Below, piece by piece: positions 1-11,174 of a stretch of 64,000 bases of DNA. Location of the stretch: positions 1,344,001 through 1,408,000 of the forward strand of contig CBDBLV010000005.1 in NCBI GenBank assembly GCA_965207225.1, written 5' to 3'. Numbering within the stretch: the first letter of the stretch is position 1; every line of letters starts with the position of its first letter. Both the position numbers and the translations under genes were made by a program. The notes below the pieces were generated by a model. It was not told where the DNA came from. It did no database searches and worked only from the letters and a program-made list of their open reading frames with translations. This stretch comes from Dehalococcoidia bacterium (GTDB lineage Bacteria > Chloroflexota > Dehalococcoidia > Plut-88900).

Positions 1-1
1 C

Positions 2-100
2 CTGATAAACTTGATTGAGCAGTCGGCGCCAGAGGCACGGGAAAAGAACGTGAAAGAGTTTGTGCGAGGGCTTCGGGGCTGCGTAGAGGCAGTGGCTTAG
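2..100 (+). CDS. 3' end of a gene truncated by the window edge, probably tryptophan synthase alpha subunit
   Basis: Frame 2 reads LINLIEQSAPEAREKNVKEFVRGLRGCVEAVA*, resembling a TrpA C-terminal helix; lies directly upstream of aroH/aroF. Confidence 0.45.
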   Translation: MINLIEQSAPEAREKNVKEFVRGLRGCVEAVA

Positions 101-113
101 GAGTTGAATCGTT

Positions 114-506
114 TTGTGGTGTAGAGGAATAAGAGGAGCGACAATCGCGGAGGAGAATACCGAGGAGGCAATTCTCGAGGCTACAACAGAGCTATTGGAA
201 CACCTGATAAAGGCCAACGATATCCAGCTGGAGAACATTGCCGCGGCGACGTTCACCACGACTCTCGACCTGAATGCGGAGTATCCGGCGGTGGCGGCCA
301 GACACCTGGGATGGGTCGATAATGCGTTGCTCTGCGGCCATGAGATGGATGTGCCCAAGGGTCTTAAGAAGGTGATCCGGGTGCTGGTGCTGGTGAATAC
401 AGACAAACAACTAAAGGATATAAGGCACGTATACATGAAGGAGGCCAGACAACTTAGGCCAGGCTTTGCGGGAGCTGCGTACATAGTGGATGCGGACAGC
501 GCGTAG
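114..506 (+). CDS. aroH: Chorismate mutase, AroH class
   Basis: RGIRGAT N-terminus, DLNAEYPAVAAR, CGHEMDVP, HVYMKEARQLRP motifs; TTG start. Confidence 0.93.
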   Translation: MWCRGIRGATIAEENTEEAILEATTELLEHLIKANDIQLENIAAATFTTTLDLNAEYPAVAARHLGWVDNALLCGHEMDVPKGLKKVIRVLVLVNTDKQLKDIRHVYMKEARQLRPGFAGAAYIVDADSA

Positions 507-530
507 CCGGCCCAGGTCCGGGAGAGTCAG

Positions 531-1547
531 ATGATAGTGGTCATGAATGCAAACTGCTCGGAAGAGAACATCGATGCCGTAAAGAACCGGCTGACGACGC
601 TGGGGCTATCGGCGCACCTGTCCCGGGGCGAGGACAGGGTAATAGTGGGGGTGGTGGGGAAGACTTATCCCGACCTGAAGTCCAACCTGGAATATATGGA
701 AGGCGTAATTGAGGTTGTAACGGTTTCGAGTCCATTCAAACTGCCGAGTCGGGACTTTCACCCGGAGGATACGGTGATAAGGGTCGGGGACGTGGAGATC
801 GGGGGTGGGGAGCCGGTGGTGATGGCCGGTCCCTGCGCCGTGGAAAGCTGGGACCAGCTTCTGGAGACGGCGCTGGGTGTGAGGGATGCGGGTGCAAACA
901 TCCTGCGGGGCGGAGCGTACAAGCCAAGGACTTCTCCGTACAGCTTCCGGGGGATGGGGGAGGCGGGGCTGGAGCTGCTGGCCCGGGCACGGGAAGAGAC
1001 AGGGATGCCTGTTATCACTGAGGTGATGACTACAACCGATGTTGAAGTAGTGGCCCAGTATGCGGATATCCTGCAGATCGGGGCGCGGAACATGCAGAAC
1101 TTCAACCTTTTGGACGAGGTTGGGAAGTGCAACAGGGCAGTGATGCTGAAACGGGGCCTTTCGGCGACGATAGAAGAATGGCTGCTGGCTGCTGAGTACA
1201 TCCTGGCGCAGGGCAATCCGGACGTGATGCTCTGCGAACGGGGCATCCGGACTTTCGAAAAGTACACGCGAAACACGCTGGACCTGAGCGCCATACCCGT
1301 TATCCAGCGGCTGAGCCACCTGCCGATCATCGCGGACCCGAGCCACGCTACAGGAAAGTGGTACCTGGTGACGCCGATGGCGCTGGCGGCTGCGGCGTCG
1401 GGAGCGGACGGGCTGATGGTTGAGGTGCATCCGAGGCCGGAGGAGGCGCTCTGCGATGGGGCGCAGGCCCTGCGGCTGGACAACTTTGCGCTGATGATGG
1501 ACCGGATGCGGGCGATCACGAGGCCGCTACAGGGCGTTTATACGTAG
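531..1547 (+). CDS. aroF: DAHP synthase type I-beta with N-terminal regulatory domain
   Basis: AGPCAVES, RGGAYKPRTSPYSF, QIGARNMQN, ERGIRTFE, DPSH motifs. Confidence 0.96.
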   Translation: MIVVMNANCSEENIDAVKNRLTTLGLSAHLSRGEDRVIVGVVGKTYPDLKSNLEYMEGVIEVVTVSSPFKLPSRDFHPEDTVIRVGDVEIGGGEPVVMAGPCAVESWDQLLETALGVRDAGANILRGGAYKPRTSPYSFRGMGEAGLELLARAREETGMPVITEVMTTTDVEVVAQYADILQIGARNMQNFNLLDEVGKCNRAVMLKRGLSATIEEWLLAAEYILAQGNPDVMLCERGIRTFEKYTRNTLDLSAIPVIQRLSHLPIIADPSHATGKWYLVTPMALAAAASGADGLMVEVHPRPEEALCDGAQALRLDNFALMMDRMRAITRPLQGVYT

Positions 1548-1562
1548 TCGCTCGGGGGTGAG

Positions 1563-1694
1563 ATGAGAGTCCTGGTGTCGGTGGGGCTGGGTCTCGCTCT
1601 GATAGTGAGTGCGTGTGGGGGGTCTGGGGGACCATCGGAGCCGACGCCGGATGTCGGGGCGGAGGTGAGGACGACGGTACATGAGCCGCGATAG
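1563..1694 (+). CDS. Small putative lipoprotein, 43 aa (possibly a truncated remnant); not in the ORF track
   Basis: MRVLVSVGLGLALIVSACGGSGGPSEPTPDVGAEVRTTVHEPR: hydrophobic signal, lipobox VSA-C, Pro/Thr linker. Confidence 0.5.
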   Translation: MRVLVSVGLGLALIVSACGGSGGPSEPTPDVGAEVRTTVHEPR

Positions 1695-1770
1695 AGCTTT
1701 GGCCTATCACTACCAAGAAACACTGCGCGCGGGGCGATGTGACAGCCGCTCTTCACCCCTTGGGATTCTC

Positions 1771-1800
1771 TTGACCCTCTCAGAAGGGGGTGGCTATAAT
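1771..1800 (+). promoter_or_regulatory. Sigma70-type promoter for the desulforedoxin-like gene pair
   Basis: TTGACC-18 nt-TATAAT. Confidence 0.65.
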
Positions 1801-1861
1801 TGCCGGAAATCTCGTTGGGTGCGGGCGCGGGGCCCGGGCCCGATTTTCCAAGAGGCACTAC

Positions 1862-1981
1862 GTGGCAAATCAGACAGGCAAGCGGTACAAGTGTGAGAGC
1901 TGCGGGTCGGAGTTCATTGTGACCCGGGGCGGGGACGGCGCTATCACGTGCTGCGGTACCGAAATGCCCCTCAAGAAGTAG
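1862..1981 (+). CDS. Desulforedoxin-like mini metalloprotein 1, 39 aa
   Basis: GTG start after GAGG; MANQTGKRYKCESCGSEFIVTRGGDGAITCCGTEMPLKK with CxxC...CC as in desulforedoxin. Confidence 0.8.
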   Translation: MANQTGKRYKCESCGSEFIVTRGGDGAITCCGTEMPLKK

Positions 1982-2040
1982 TGGTCGGGGCCCGGATGCG
2001 GGGTCTTCCTGCTTCTAAATGACGGAGAGGACTTAAGGGA

Positions 2041-2184
2041 ATGCCAAACTTGCTGGGCAAACGATTCGTTTGCGAGAACTGCGGGACCCAGGTGCTGTGC
2101 ACGAAGGCAGGCGAGGGTGCAGTAAACTGCTGCAGCCAGGAAATGACCCTGCAGCAACCGAAGCCTCTGCCTTCCGCGGACTAG
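2041..2184 (+). CDS. Desulforedoxin-like mini metalloprotein 2, 47 aa; not in the ORF track
   Basis: ATG after GGAGAGG; MPNLLGKRFVCENCGTQVLCTKAGEGAVNCCSQEMTLQQPKPLPSAD; paralogous to the preceding ORF. Confidence 0.8.
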   Translation: MPNLLGKRFVCENCGTQVLCTKAGEGAVNCCSQEMTLQQPKPLPSAD

Positions 2185-2203
2185 GGTTTATCCCAAGAGT
2201 TTC

Positions 2204-2295
2204 ACCCTCATCCCCGACTTCTCGGGGATAGGGTCTAGCCTTCTCCCGACAAGGGAAGGGGTACCGGACACCCTCCCCAAGCCAATTGGAGAGGG
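2204..2295. repeat. Cluster of palindromic hairpins (REP-like or terminator) between convergent genes
   Basis: ACCCT-C-ATCCCCGA-CTTC-TCGGGGAT-AGGGT followed by two weaker CCCT..GGG hairpins. Confidence 0.5.
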
Positions 2296-2321
2296 CACCG
2301 GAAAAGTCCCAGAGAGGCGGG

Positions 2322-2954
2322 TTACGCTAACTTTCGGATGACCCCGATGACCCTTCCTTTGACGGAGAGGTTGGAGGGGTCGACGTATATGGGGTCCATC
2401 TGGGAGTTGGCGGGTTGAAGCCTGACTCTTCCCTGCTCTCGATAGATCCGCTTCAGCGTGACTTCTTCCTCAGACTCGAGCCAGGCGGCTACCATGTCAC
2501 CATCCTCGGCGGTTTCGGAATGCTGGAGGAGGACGATGTCGCCGTCGTCGATCAGGGCGTCGATCATGGAATCGCCTTTGACCTTAAGGGCGTAGACGTT
2601 TTCCATGCCGCTGACGAGGTCTTCGGGGACGTCCAGGGTCTCGAGGGCGGCCCAGGGCTCGGCGGTGGGGACGGGGAGGGGTTCGCCGGCGGCGATGGCG
2701 CCGAGGAGCGGGGTCTTGATTGCGCCGGAGCTTTGGCTTTCGTAACCGATGATCTCTATTCCCCGGGATACGCCAGCATCGCGGCGGATGTAGCCGTCGC
2801 GTTCGAGGGCTTTGAGGTGGTAGTCGGCGACGGAGGTGGAACTCATGTTGCACATCCGCACGACGTCCCTGACGCTGGGGGGATACTTGTGACTATCGAG
2901 AAAAGCGGTGATGGCTTCCAGGACTTCTTTACGTTTTTTGGACAATGCTTTCAT
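2322..2954 (-). CDS. lexA: SOS repressor LexA
   Basis: YPPSVRD winged HTH, IAAG cleavage site, VKGDSM catalytic Ser, VTLKR catalytic Lys. Confidence 0.97.
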   Translation of the reverse strand: MKALSKKRKEVLEAITAFLDSHKYPPSVRDVVRMCNMSSTSVADYHLKALERDGYIRRDAGVSRGIEIIGYESQSSGAIKTPLLGAIAAGEPLPVPTAEPWAALETLDVPEDLVSGMENVYALKVKGDSMIDALIDDGDIVLLQHSETAEDGDMVAAWLESEEEVTLKRIYREQGRVRLQPANSQMDPIYVDPSNLSVKGRVIGVIRKLA

Positions 2955-2970
2955 CGAGCACCTCTGTTGG

Positions 2971-3018
2971 GAACGGGCGTACTAAGCAGATATTAACCGA
3001 AAAATAGGAAGGTGTCAA
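2971..3018 (-). promoter_or_regulatory. lexA promoter with a downstream Gram-positive-type SOS box
   Basis: Minus strand TTGACA(3018-3013)-17 nt-TAATAT(2995-2990); GAAC-GGGC-GTAC at 2971-2982 is one mismatch from GAAC-N4-GTTC. Confidence 0.75.
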
Positions 3019-3144
3019 GGAGGTGTGAGGTGGAATCCCCCGGAAATTCCAAGAGATGTGTTCAGGCAGGGCAATTGAGCAGGGTGAATCAGGCGTTTTA
3101 GGTTCCTCGCGGGGCCTCGTATTGAGCGCTGGACAAGAGAAGGG

Positions 3145-3819
3145 TCAGGAATCTTCGGATTCGGCGGGAGTCTCTGCTGCGCCCGCTTCGGCGATGGCTT
3201 CTTCAGCACCTTCTTCGGTTTCCTCTGCGGCTTCGGCTTCAGCGGCGGCGTCGGCGGCTGAGACGCGGCCCTGGGCTGCCCGGACTACCATCTGGTCGGC
3301 GTCGGTAAGGACTTCAACGCCGTCAGGAAGCCGGAGATCGCTGACGTGAATTGACTGATCGACCTCGACCAGCACTGAAATGTCGGCCTCCACAGAGCTT
3401 GGGATGTCCATGGGAAGCCCCGATACCTGGATGGAGGACAGTATCTGGGAAATTACAGTCGAAGTCTTTGGAAGGGGCGACTCACCGACCAGTAAGACGG
3501 GGACATCGGAGGTGATGGCCCGTGTAACGTCGACCTGGAGGAAGTCTACGTGGACTATGGAGTCGGTAACCGGGTGACGCTGGACGTTACGGATGACGGC
3601 GGTCCTGGGTTTCTTCTCGCCATTGACCTTGACGGACAGGACGGCGTTACGACCGGCCTGCGTAAGGGCGTGGACGAGGTCGGAGGACTGGAGCTGGAGG
3701 GCTACGGAGTCGAGGTTTCGGCCGTAAATGTTGGCTGGGGTAATGCCGTCTCGGCGAAGGAATCGGGCCTTTTTGCCAAGGGCTTCGCGAACATCTACGG
3801 CCAACTCTAGGGTATCCAT
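3145..3819 (-). CDS. rplY: 50S ribosomal protein L25 (Ctc/TL5 type) with acidic tail
   Basis: LRRDGITPANIYG, QRHPVTDSIVHVDF, IHVSDL motifs. Confidence 0.95.
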   Translation of the reverse strand: MDTLELAVDVREALGKKARFLRRDGITPANIYGRNLDSVALQLQSSDLVHALTQAGRNAVLSVKVNGEKKPRTAVIRNVQRHPVTDSIVHVDFLQVDVTRAITSDVPVLLVGESPLPKTSTVISQILSSIQVSGLPMDIPSSVEADISVLVEVDQSIHVSDLRLPDGVEVLTDADQMVVRAAQGRVSAADAAAEAEAAEETEEGAEEAIAEAGAAETPAESEDS

Positions 3820-3956
3820 GGGACCGGTATCTCCCGTATGTTTTTTACATTTTTGCAGGCTTCAAAATTGAAGCCCGGCGCTAGCTATGTTATCATACAT
3901 CGTCCTCAGGCAGAGAAGAAGGGCGATGGCCCTAACCCCGCGGAGGAACTGTCTTA

Positions 3957-4775
3957 ATGGCAACACCGCTAGCTTTCAACAAGGAACAAGTCCAGAGGTA
4001 CAGCAGACATCTTATCCTGCCGCAAGTAGGCAGCAAGGGGCAACGAAAGCTCCTGGAGTCCAAGGTGTTGCTAATCGGGGCGGGGGGACTGGGCTCGCCG
4101 ACGGCACTGTACCTGGGTGCGGCGGGAGTCGGCACGCTGGGAATCGTAGATTTCGACGTGGTGGACCTTACGAATCTGCAGAGGCAGATCCTGCACCGTA
4201 ACAGCGACGTGGGAAGGCCGAAGGTTGACTCGGCGACGGACACGCTGAAGGGCATTAACCCGGACGTAAACGTGGTGTCCCACCCGGTACGGCTAAGTTC
4301 CGAGAATATATTCGACATCATCGAAGACTACGACGTTATCGTTGACGGGACCGACAACTTCCCGACCCGCTACCTTGTGAACGACGCCTGCGTGATGAGC
4401 AAGAAGCCGAACGTTCACGGCAGCATATTTCTGTTCGAGGGTCAGGCCTCGGTGTTCACGCACGACAAGGGCTGCTACCGATGCCTTTACCCGGACCCGC
4501 CACCCCCAGGCATGGTGCCCAGCTGTGCTGAGGCAGGGGTGCTGGGAGTCCTTCCTGGGATTGTCGGGACTATCCAGGCGATAGAGACGATCAAGCTGCT
4601 GCTGGGGCTCGGGGACTCGCTGGCGGGAAGGCTGCTAATCTTCGATGCGCTGGATATGGACTTCAGGCAGGTGAGGGTGCGTCGGGACACGGAGTGCCCA
4701 GTGTGCGGCGACAAACCCACGGTTACGGAACTTATAGACTACGAAGCCTTTTGTGGCGTTCTGGCCCACGCGTGA
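3957..4775 (+). CDS. moeB: MoeB/ThiF-family adenylyltransferase (no rhodanese domain)
   Basis: RYSRHLIL, GAGGLGS, NLQRQ, DGTDNFPTRY, CYRC, SCAEAGVLG, CPVC. Confidence 0.92.
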   Translation: MATPLAFNKEQVQRYSRHLILPQVGSKGQRKLLESKVLLIGAGGLGSPTALYLGAAGVGTLGIVDFDVVDLTNLQRQILHRNSDVGRPKVDSATDTLKGINPDVNVVSHPVRLSSENIFDIIEDYDVIVDGTDNFPTRYLVNDACVMSKKPNVHGSIFLFEGQASVFTHDKGCYRCLYPDPPPPGMVPSCAEAGVLGVLPGIVGTIQAIETIKLLLGLGDSLAGRLLIFDALDMDFRQVRVRRDTECPVCGDKPTVTELIDYEAFCGVLAHA

Positions 4776-4813
4776 TAATCAGAGACGCAGCAAGAAATGG
4801 AACTGCCTTATAC

Positions 4814-4843
4814 AGGGCGCCCTTCGAATCCGGGGGGCGCCCT
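4814..4843 (+). terminator. Hairpin, probable terminator after moeB
   Basis: AGGGCGCCC...GGGCGCCCT inverted repeat. Confidence 0.6.
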
Positions 4844-5025
4844 CTCTAATTTAAGGTCCGGCGGAGGAGTGGGAGGGGAAGAGGAGTGGTGAAAAGGCTA
4901 CCCAGTTTGAAGGGTAGTCGGGGGAAGGATCTCGGGAGATTACCCTGGAATGTTTGGCCTTGAGGTTACTTTTGCTTAGATAGGAAAAAGGGTTAGAAAA
5001 CCAAGAGACAGCTAAAGGAGGCAAA

Positions 5026-6471
5026 ATGGCGGCGAGCGGCGCAAAAGACATAATCAAGAGGTTGGCAGAGGAAGAGATCGAGTTTGTCGACCTAAAGTTC
5101 ACCGACCTGTTCGGGAGGCTCCAACACTTTTCGATCCCATCGGTGGAGGTGGATGACGCTCTCTTCGAAGACGGGATGGGGTTTGACGGCTCGAGCATCA
5201 GGGGGTTCCAGGCAATCAACGAGAGCGACATGCTGATCGTGCCGGACCCGACCACCGCATACCTCGATACGGTGTACGAAAGGAAAACTCTGAGCCTAAT
5301 CGGGGACATACGGGACCCAATACTCGGGAACGGGTACTCCCGGGACCCTAGGTACGTGGCCAAGAAGGCAGAGGCATACCTGACGAGCACGGGAATTGCC
5401 GATTCCAGCGCCTGGGGCCCGGAGCTGGAGTTCTTCATCCTGGACGACATCCGGTATGACAACCAGACCAATGCAGCTTACTACTACATAGACTCGCAAG
5501 AGGCGGTGTGGAACAGAGGGTCGGGGAAGACCATGGGAGACAGGGGAGAAGACGCTCCGAACTTGGGGCACAGGCCGCCCGGGAAGATGGGATATTCTCC
5601 AGCCCCGCCCCTGGACTCGATCACGGACATCCGGAATGACATTGCTACGGAACTGATGGCAGCCGGGATCCGGGTGGAGATGCACCATCACGAGGTCGCC
5701 ACGGGGGGGCAGAGCGAAATCAGCATCCGGTTCGACACCCTCAGGAACATGGGGGACAAGGCACTGCTGTACAAGTACATCGCCAAGAACGTTGCCAAGC
5801 GACACGGCAAGTCCGTGACTTTCATGCCGAAGCCGATATTCGGGGACAATGGATCGGGCATGCACGTGCACCAGAGCCTGAGGAAAGACGACACGAACCT
5901 TTTCTACGGCGATGGCTACGGCTCAACAAGCGAGATGTGCCGCCACTACATAGGCGGCCTGTTGAAGCATGGGCGGGCGCTAATGGCCTTCTGCGCACCC
6001 GGCACCAACTCCTACAAGCGGCTGGTGCCCGGGTACGAGGCCCCGGTGAACCTGATCTACTCACACCGGAACCGGAGCGCATGCATCAGGATTCCGGCCT
6101 ACTCGAATGCGCCGAATGCGGTGCGGGTAGAGTTCCGACCTCCGGACCCGTCATCCAACCCGTACCTGGCATTCTCGGCGATGCTGATGGCGGGATTGGA
6201 CGGTATCCAGAACAAGCTCGACCCCGGGGAGCCGATGGACGTGGACCTCTACGAGCTTTCGGCGGAGGAGGCCAAGGGCATACCGCAGGTGCCGGGAAGC
6301 CTTGACGAGTCTCTGCAAGCATTGAGGGACGACCACGACTTCCTGTTGAAGGGCGACGTGTTCACGCCGGACCTGATCGATACATGGATCGAGTACAAGC
6401 AGTTCAATGAGGCGGACCCGGTAAGGATGAGACCACACCCTTACGAGTACGCGCTGTACTACCACGCTTAG
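5026..6471 (+). CDS. glnA: Glutamine synthetase type I
   Basis: FDGSSIRGF, HHHEVA, FMPKPIFGDNGSGMHVH, RNRSACIRIP, DLYEL adenylylation loop. Confidence 0.98.
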   Translation: MAASGAKDIIKRLAEEEIEFVDLKFTDLFGRLQHFSIPSVEVDDALFEDGMGFDGSSIRGFQAINESDMLIVPDPTTAYLDTVYERKTLSLIGDIRDPILGNGYSRDPRYVAKKAEAYLTSTGIADSSAWGPELEFFILDDIRYDNQTNAAYYYIDSQEAVWNRGSGKTMGDRGEDAPNLGHRPPGKMGYSPAPPLDSITDIRNDIATELMAAGIRVEMHHHEVATGGQSEISIRFDTLRNMGDKALLYKYIAKNVAKRHGKSVTFMPKPIFGDNGSGMHVHQSLRKDDTNLFYGDGYGSTSEMCRHYIGGLLKHGRALMAFCAPGTNSYKRLVPGYEAPVNLIYSHRNRSACIRIPAYSNAPNAVRVEFRPPDPSSNPYLAFSAMLMAGLDGIQNKLDPGEPMDVDLYELSAEEAKGIPQVPGSLDESLQALRDDHDFLLKGDVFTPDLIDTWIEYKQFNEADPVRMRPHPYEYALYYHA

Positions 6472-6482
6472 AAGAGAAGCTA

Positions 6483-6519
6483 GAAACGGCGACCTGTCCA
6501 CCTCGCAGGTCGCCGTTTC
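6483..6519 (+). terminator. Strong hairpin after glnA
   Basis: GAAACGGCGACCTG/CAGGTCGCCGTTTC perfect 14-bp stem. Confidence 0.7.
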
Positions 6520-6524
6520 GCGTA

Positions 6525-7319
6525 ATGGCAGGAGGAGTAAAGATGATTGAGAAGCTGTTTGATCTTACGGATCGCGTTGCGATAGTGACGGGGGCGTCGT
6601 CGGGGTTTGGGGTGGTGTTTGCCCACGCGCTGGCCGAGGCCGGGGCGGACGTGGTGGTGGCGGCGAGACGGAAAGAGCAGCTGGAGCAGACGGCGGAAGG
6701 GGTGCGTGAACGAGGGCGTCGGTGCCTGGTGATGCAGACCGACATATCACAGGAAGACCAGGTGGATGACCTGGTGGCCAAGACGATGGTGGAGTTCGGG
6801 AGGATAGATATAGTCGTGAATAATGCGGCCCGAGGCGGGATGGCGATGTGGACGGAGACGACGACGCTGGAGGAGTACCGGACGATCCTGGACACTAACC
6901 TGATAGGCGTATTCATGCTGACGCAGAAGGCGGGTCGGGTGATGCTGGAACGGGGTTGGGGGAGGGTTATCAATATCTCGTCAGTGGAAGGGGTGCAGGC
7001 AGCGCCGGAGAATGACCCGAGCCTTGGATATTGCACGGCCAAGCACGGGATGGCAGGACTGACGCGGGAGACGGCAAAGCAATGGGCGAAGCGCGGCGTG
7101 ACGGTCAACCAGATCGGGCCAGGGTTCTTCCACACGGAGCTGACAGACCGTTTCCTGAGCGTGCCGGAGGTGAAGGCAGAACTCTCCGCGCTTTCGCCGA
7201 TGAACAGGGTCGGGCAGCCGGAGGAGCTAGTAGGGTTGCTGCTGCTCCTGGCTTCGGAGAACTCCAGCTACATCACGGGGCAGACGATCATGGTGGATGG
7301 GGGGTGGAGCATCTGGTAG
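6525..7319 (+). CDS. Short-chain dehydrogenase/reductase; true start may be 6543
   Basis: TGASSGFG, NNAA, YCTAK (YxxxK), VDGG. Confidence 0.92.
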   Translation: MAGGVKMIEKLFDLTDRVAIVTGASSGFGVVFAHALAEAGADVVVAARRKEQLEQTAEGVRERGRRCLVMQTDISQEDQVDDLVAKTMVEFGRIDIVVNNAARGGMAMWTETTTLEEYRTILDTNLIGVFMLTQKAGRVMLERGWGRVINISSVEGVQAAPENDPSLGYCTAKHGMAGLTRETAKQWAKRGVTVNQIGPGFFHTELTDRFLSVPEVKAELSALSPMNRVGQPEELVGLLLLLASENSSYITGQTIMVDGGWSIW

Positions 7320-7329
7320 GGTCGCCCCG

Positions 7330-7944
7330 TTAGTTGTACCGGGACATGGCGGCGTCCAGGCCTGAGGTCAGGATGCAGGCTATGGCGTCGGAGACGGTAG
7401 AGACTGCGCTGGTAATAGTCTCCTGTTCTTCGTTGGAGAAGGGGCCTAGGACTCGGGCGATGGCGCCGGTCTGCCCGGTGGGGTCCCGGCCGATGCCTAC
7501 CCTTATGCGGGGTATTTCCTCGGTGCCGAGGGCTCGGATGATGGACTTGATACCGTTGTGGCCTCCGGCGCTCCCCTGCATACGGATGCGTACCGTGCCG
7601 AGGGGCAGATCCATGTCGTCGTAGATGATTAGGAGCTTGTCCTCGGGGACGCGCCAGCGGGATGTGATGTAGTGGACGGCCTCGCCGCTGAGGTTCATGA
7701 AGGTGCGGGGCTTGCCGAGGAGGACCCGATGGGCTTTCCCTTCAATGTTTACCCGACCCTCGGCCCATTTGAGCGGGCCGCGCCGGCCGTCCCAATTTAA
7801 GCCGTGGTCGGCGGCGAACTGGTCGACGCATTCGAAGCCGACGTTGTGACGGGTGCCGACGTACTCGGGGCCGGGGTTTCCGAGACCTACTACGACGAGG
7901 TCAAAGGGGTCGGAGGCCCACTTTTTTCTCTTGAAGGGCCACAT
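7330..7944 (-). CDS. pth: Peptidyl-tRNA hydrolase
   Basis: VGLGNPG, TRHNVGF, KPRTFMNLSG, GGHNGIKS, RIRVGIGR. Confidence 0.96.
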   Translation of the reverse strand: MWPFKRKKWASDPFDLVVVGLGNPGPEYVGTRHNVGFECVDQFAADHGLNWDGRRGPLKWAEGRVNIEGKAHRVLLGKPRTFMNLSGEAVHYITSRWRVPEDKLLIIYDDMDLPLGTVRIRMQGSAGGHNGIKSIIRALGTEEIPRIRVGIGRDPTGQTGAIARVLGPFSNEEQETITSAVSTVSDAIACILTSGLDAAMSRYN

Positions 7945-10014
<2,070 letters not shown>

Positions 10015-11124
10015 CTACGCGTTTGAACCCTTGAACCCGAGACGTTGAAGGACCTCGCGCAGGGTGTCTATCACCACGTCGATGTCGTCCTCTGTGACGT
10101 GGCCGAGGTGGCCGATGCGGAAGACTTTGCCTGCCAGGGGGCCCGGGCCTCCGGCGAGGACAACCCCGTATTCCTCCCGGCAGATTTTCAGGAGTTGGGC
10201 CAGGTCTACACCCTCGGGGGCGTTGATTGCGGTGACGGTGTTGGAGGCGAATTCCTCCTCGGCGAGGAGGGATAGGCCGAGGGAACGGGCGCCGTCACGG
10301 GCGCGTCGGGCGACGGAGGCGTGGCGTTCAAATACGTTGGCCAAGCCTTCCTGAGCTATTGCTTCGAGGCCGACGTCCAGGGCGTAGAAGGTGGAGACGG
10401 CAGGGGTCCAGGGAGTCTGGCCTCGTTCGAAATAAGACTGGAGCTGGCCGAAGTCCCAGTGGAACCGGGGCATGGTAGAGGTCCTCCATGCCTCCCACGC
10501 TCTCTGGCTGACGCTGATCATGGAGAGGCCGGGCGGGGACATCCAGCCCTTCTGGGAGGCGGTGGAAACGACATCGCATTCCCAGGCGTCGACGGGGAGG
10601 TCTATAGAGCCGATGCTGCTGATGGCGTCGACGAGGAGGAGCCTATCGTGGGAGCGGGTGATTTCTGCGATGGAGCGGAGGGGGTTAGTTACGCCGGTGG
10701 AAGTTTCGTTGTGGGTTACCAGGACGGCCTTGATGGAGGGGTCGTCGGAAAGGTGCTTGTCCACATCATCCGGGTTTATAGCCTTTCCGTAGGGGGCTTC
10801 CAGTTTGACTACATCCGCGCCGAAGGCCTCGGCGATCTGGACGTAGCGCTGCCCGAAGGAGCCGATGGTGAGTGCGAGGACCCGGTCTCCGGGGGACAGG
10901 GTGTTAACTACAGAGGCCTCCATGGCGCCGGTGCCGGAGCTCGTCATAACGTACAGGTCGTTCTCGGTCTGGAAGAATTCTTTGAGGCGGACGGTGACGC
11001 GCTCCAGGAGCTCCTTGAATGCCGGGCCGCGGTGGTTGATCATCTGCGCGGTCATGGCGTCCAGGACTTCGTCGGGGACGGGGGTGGGGCCGGGGATGCG
11101 GAGGTGGATTTTCTTATCTGGCAT
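10015..11124 (-). CDS. Class V PLP aminotransferase (serine-pyruvate/alanine-glyoxylate family)
   Basis: IPGPT, SGTGAME, HNETSTG, DAISS, SQKG, FRIGHLG. Confidence 0.92.
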   Translation of the reverse strand: MPDKKIHLRIPGPTPVPDEVLDAMTAQMINHRGPAFKELLERVTVRLKEFFQTENDLYVMTSSGTGAMEASVVNTLSPGDRVLALTIGSFGQRYVQIAEAFGADVVKLEAPYGKAINPDDVDKHLSDDPSIKAVLVTHNETSTGVTNPLRSIAEITRSHDRLLLVDAISSIGSIDLPVDAWECDVVSTASQKGWMSPPGLSMISVSQRAWEAWRTSTMPRFHWDFGQLQSYFERGQTPWTPAVSTFYALDVGLEAIAQEGLANVFERHASVARRARDGARSLGLSLLAEEEFASNTVTAINAPEGVDLAQLLKICREEYGVVLAGGPGPLAGKVFRIGHLGHVTEDDIDVVIDTLREVLQRLGFKGSNA

Positions 11125-11174
11125 GGCTTTTTCTCGGTTAGATTTTAGCCGATTGTGAGCTTAGGAAAAGGGCG

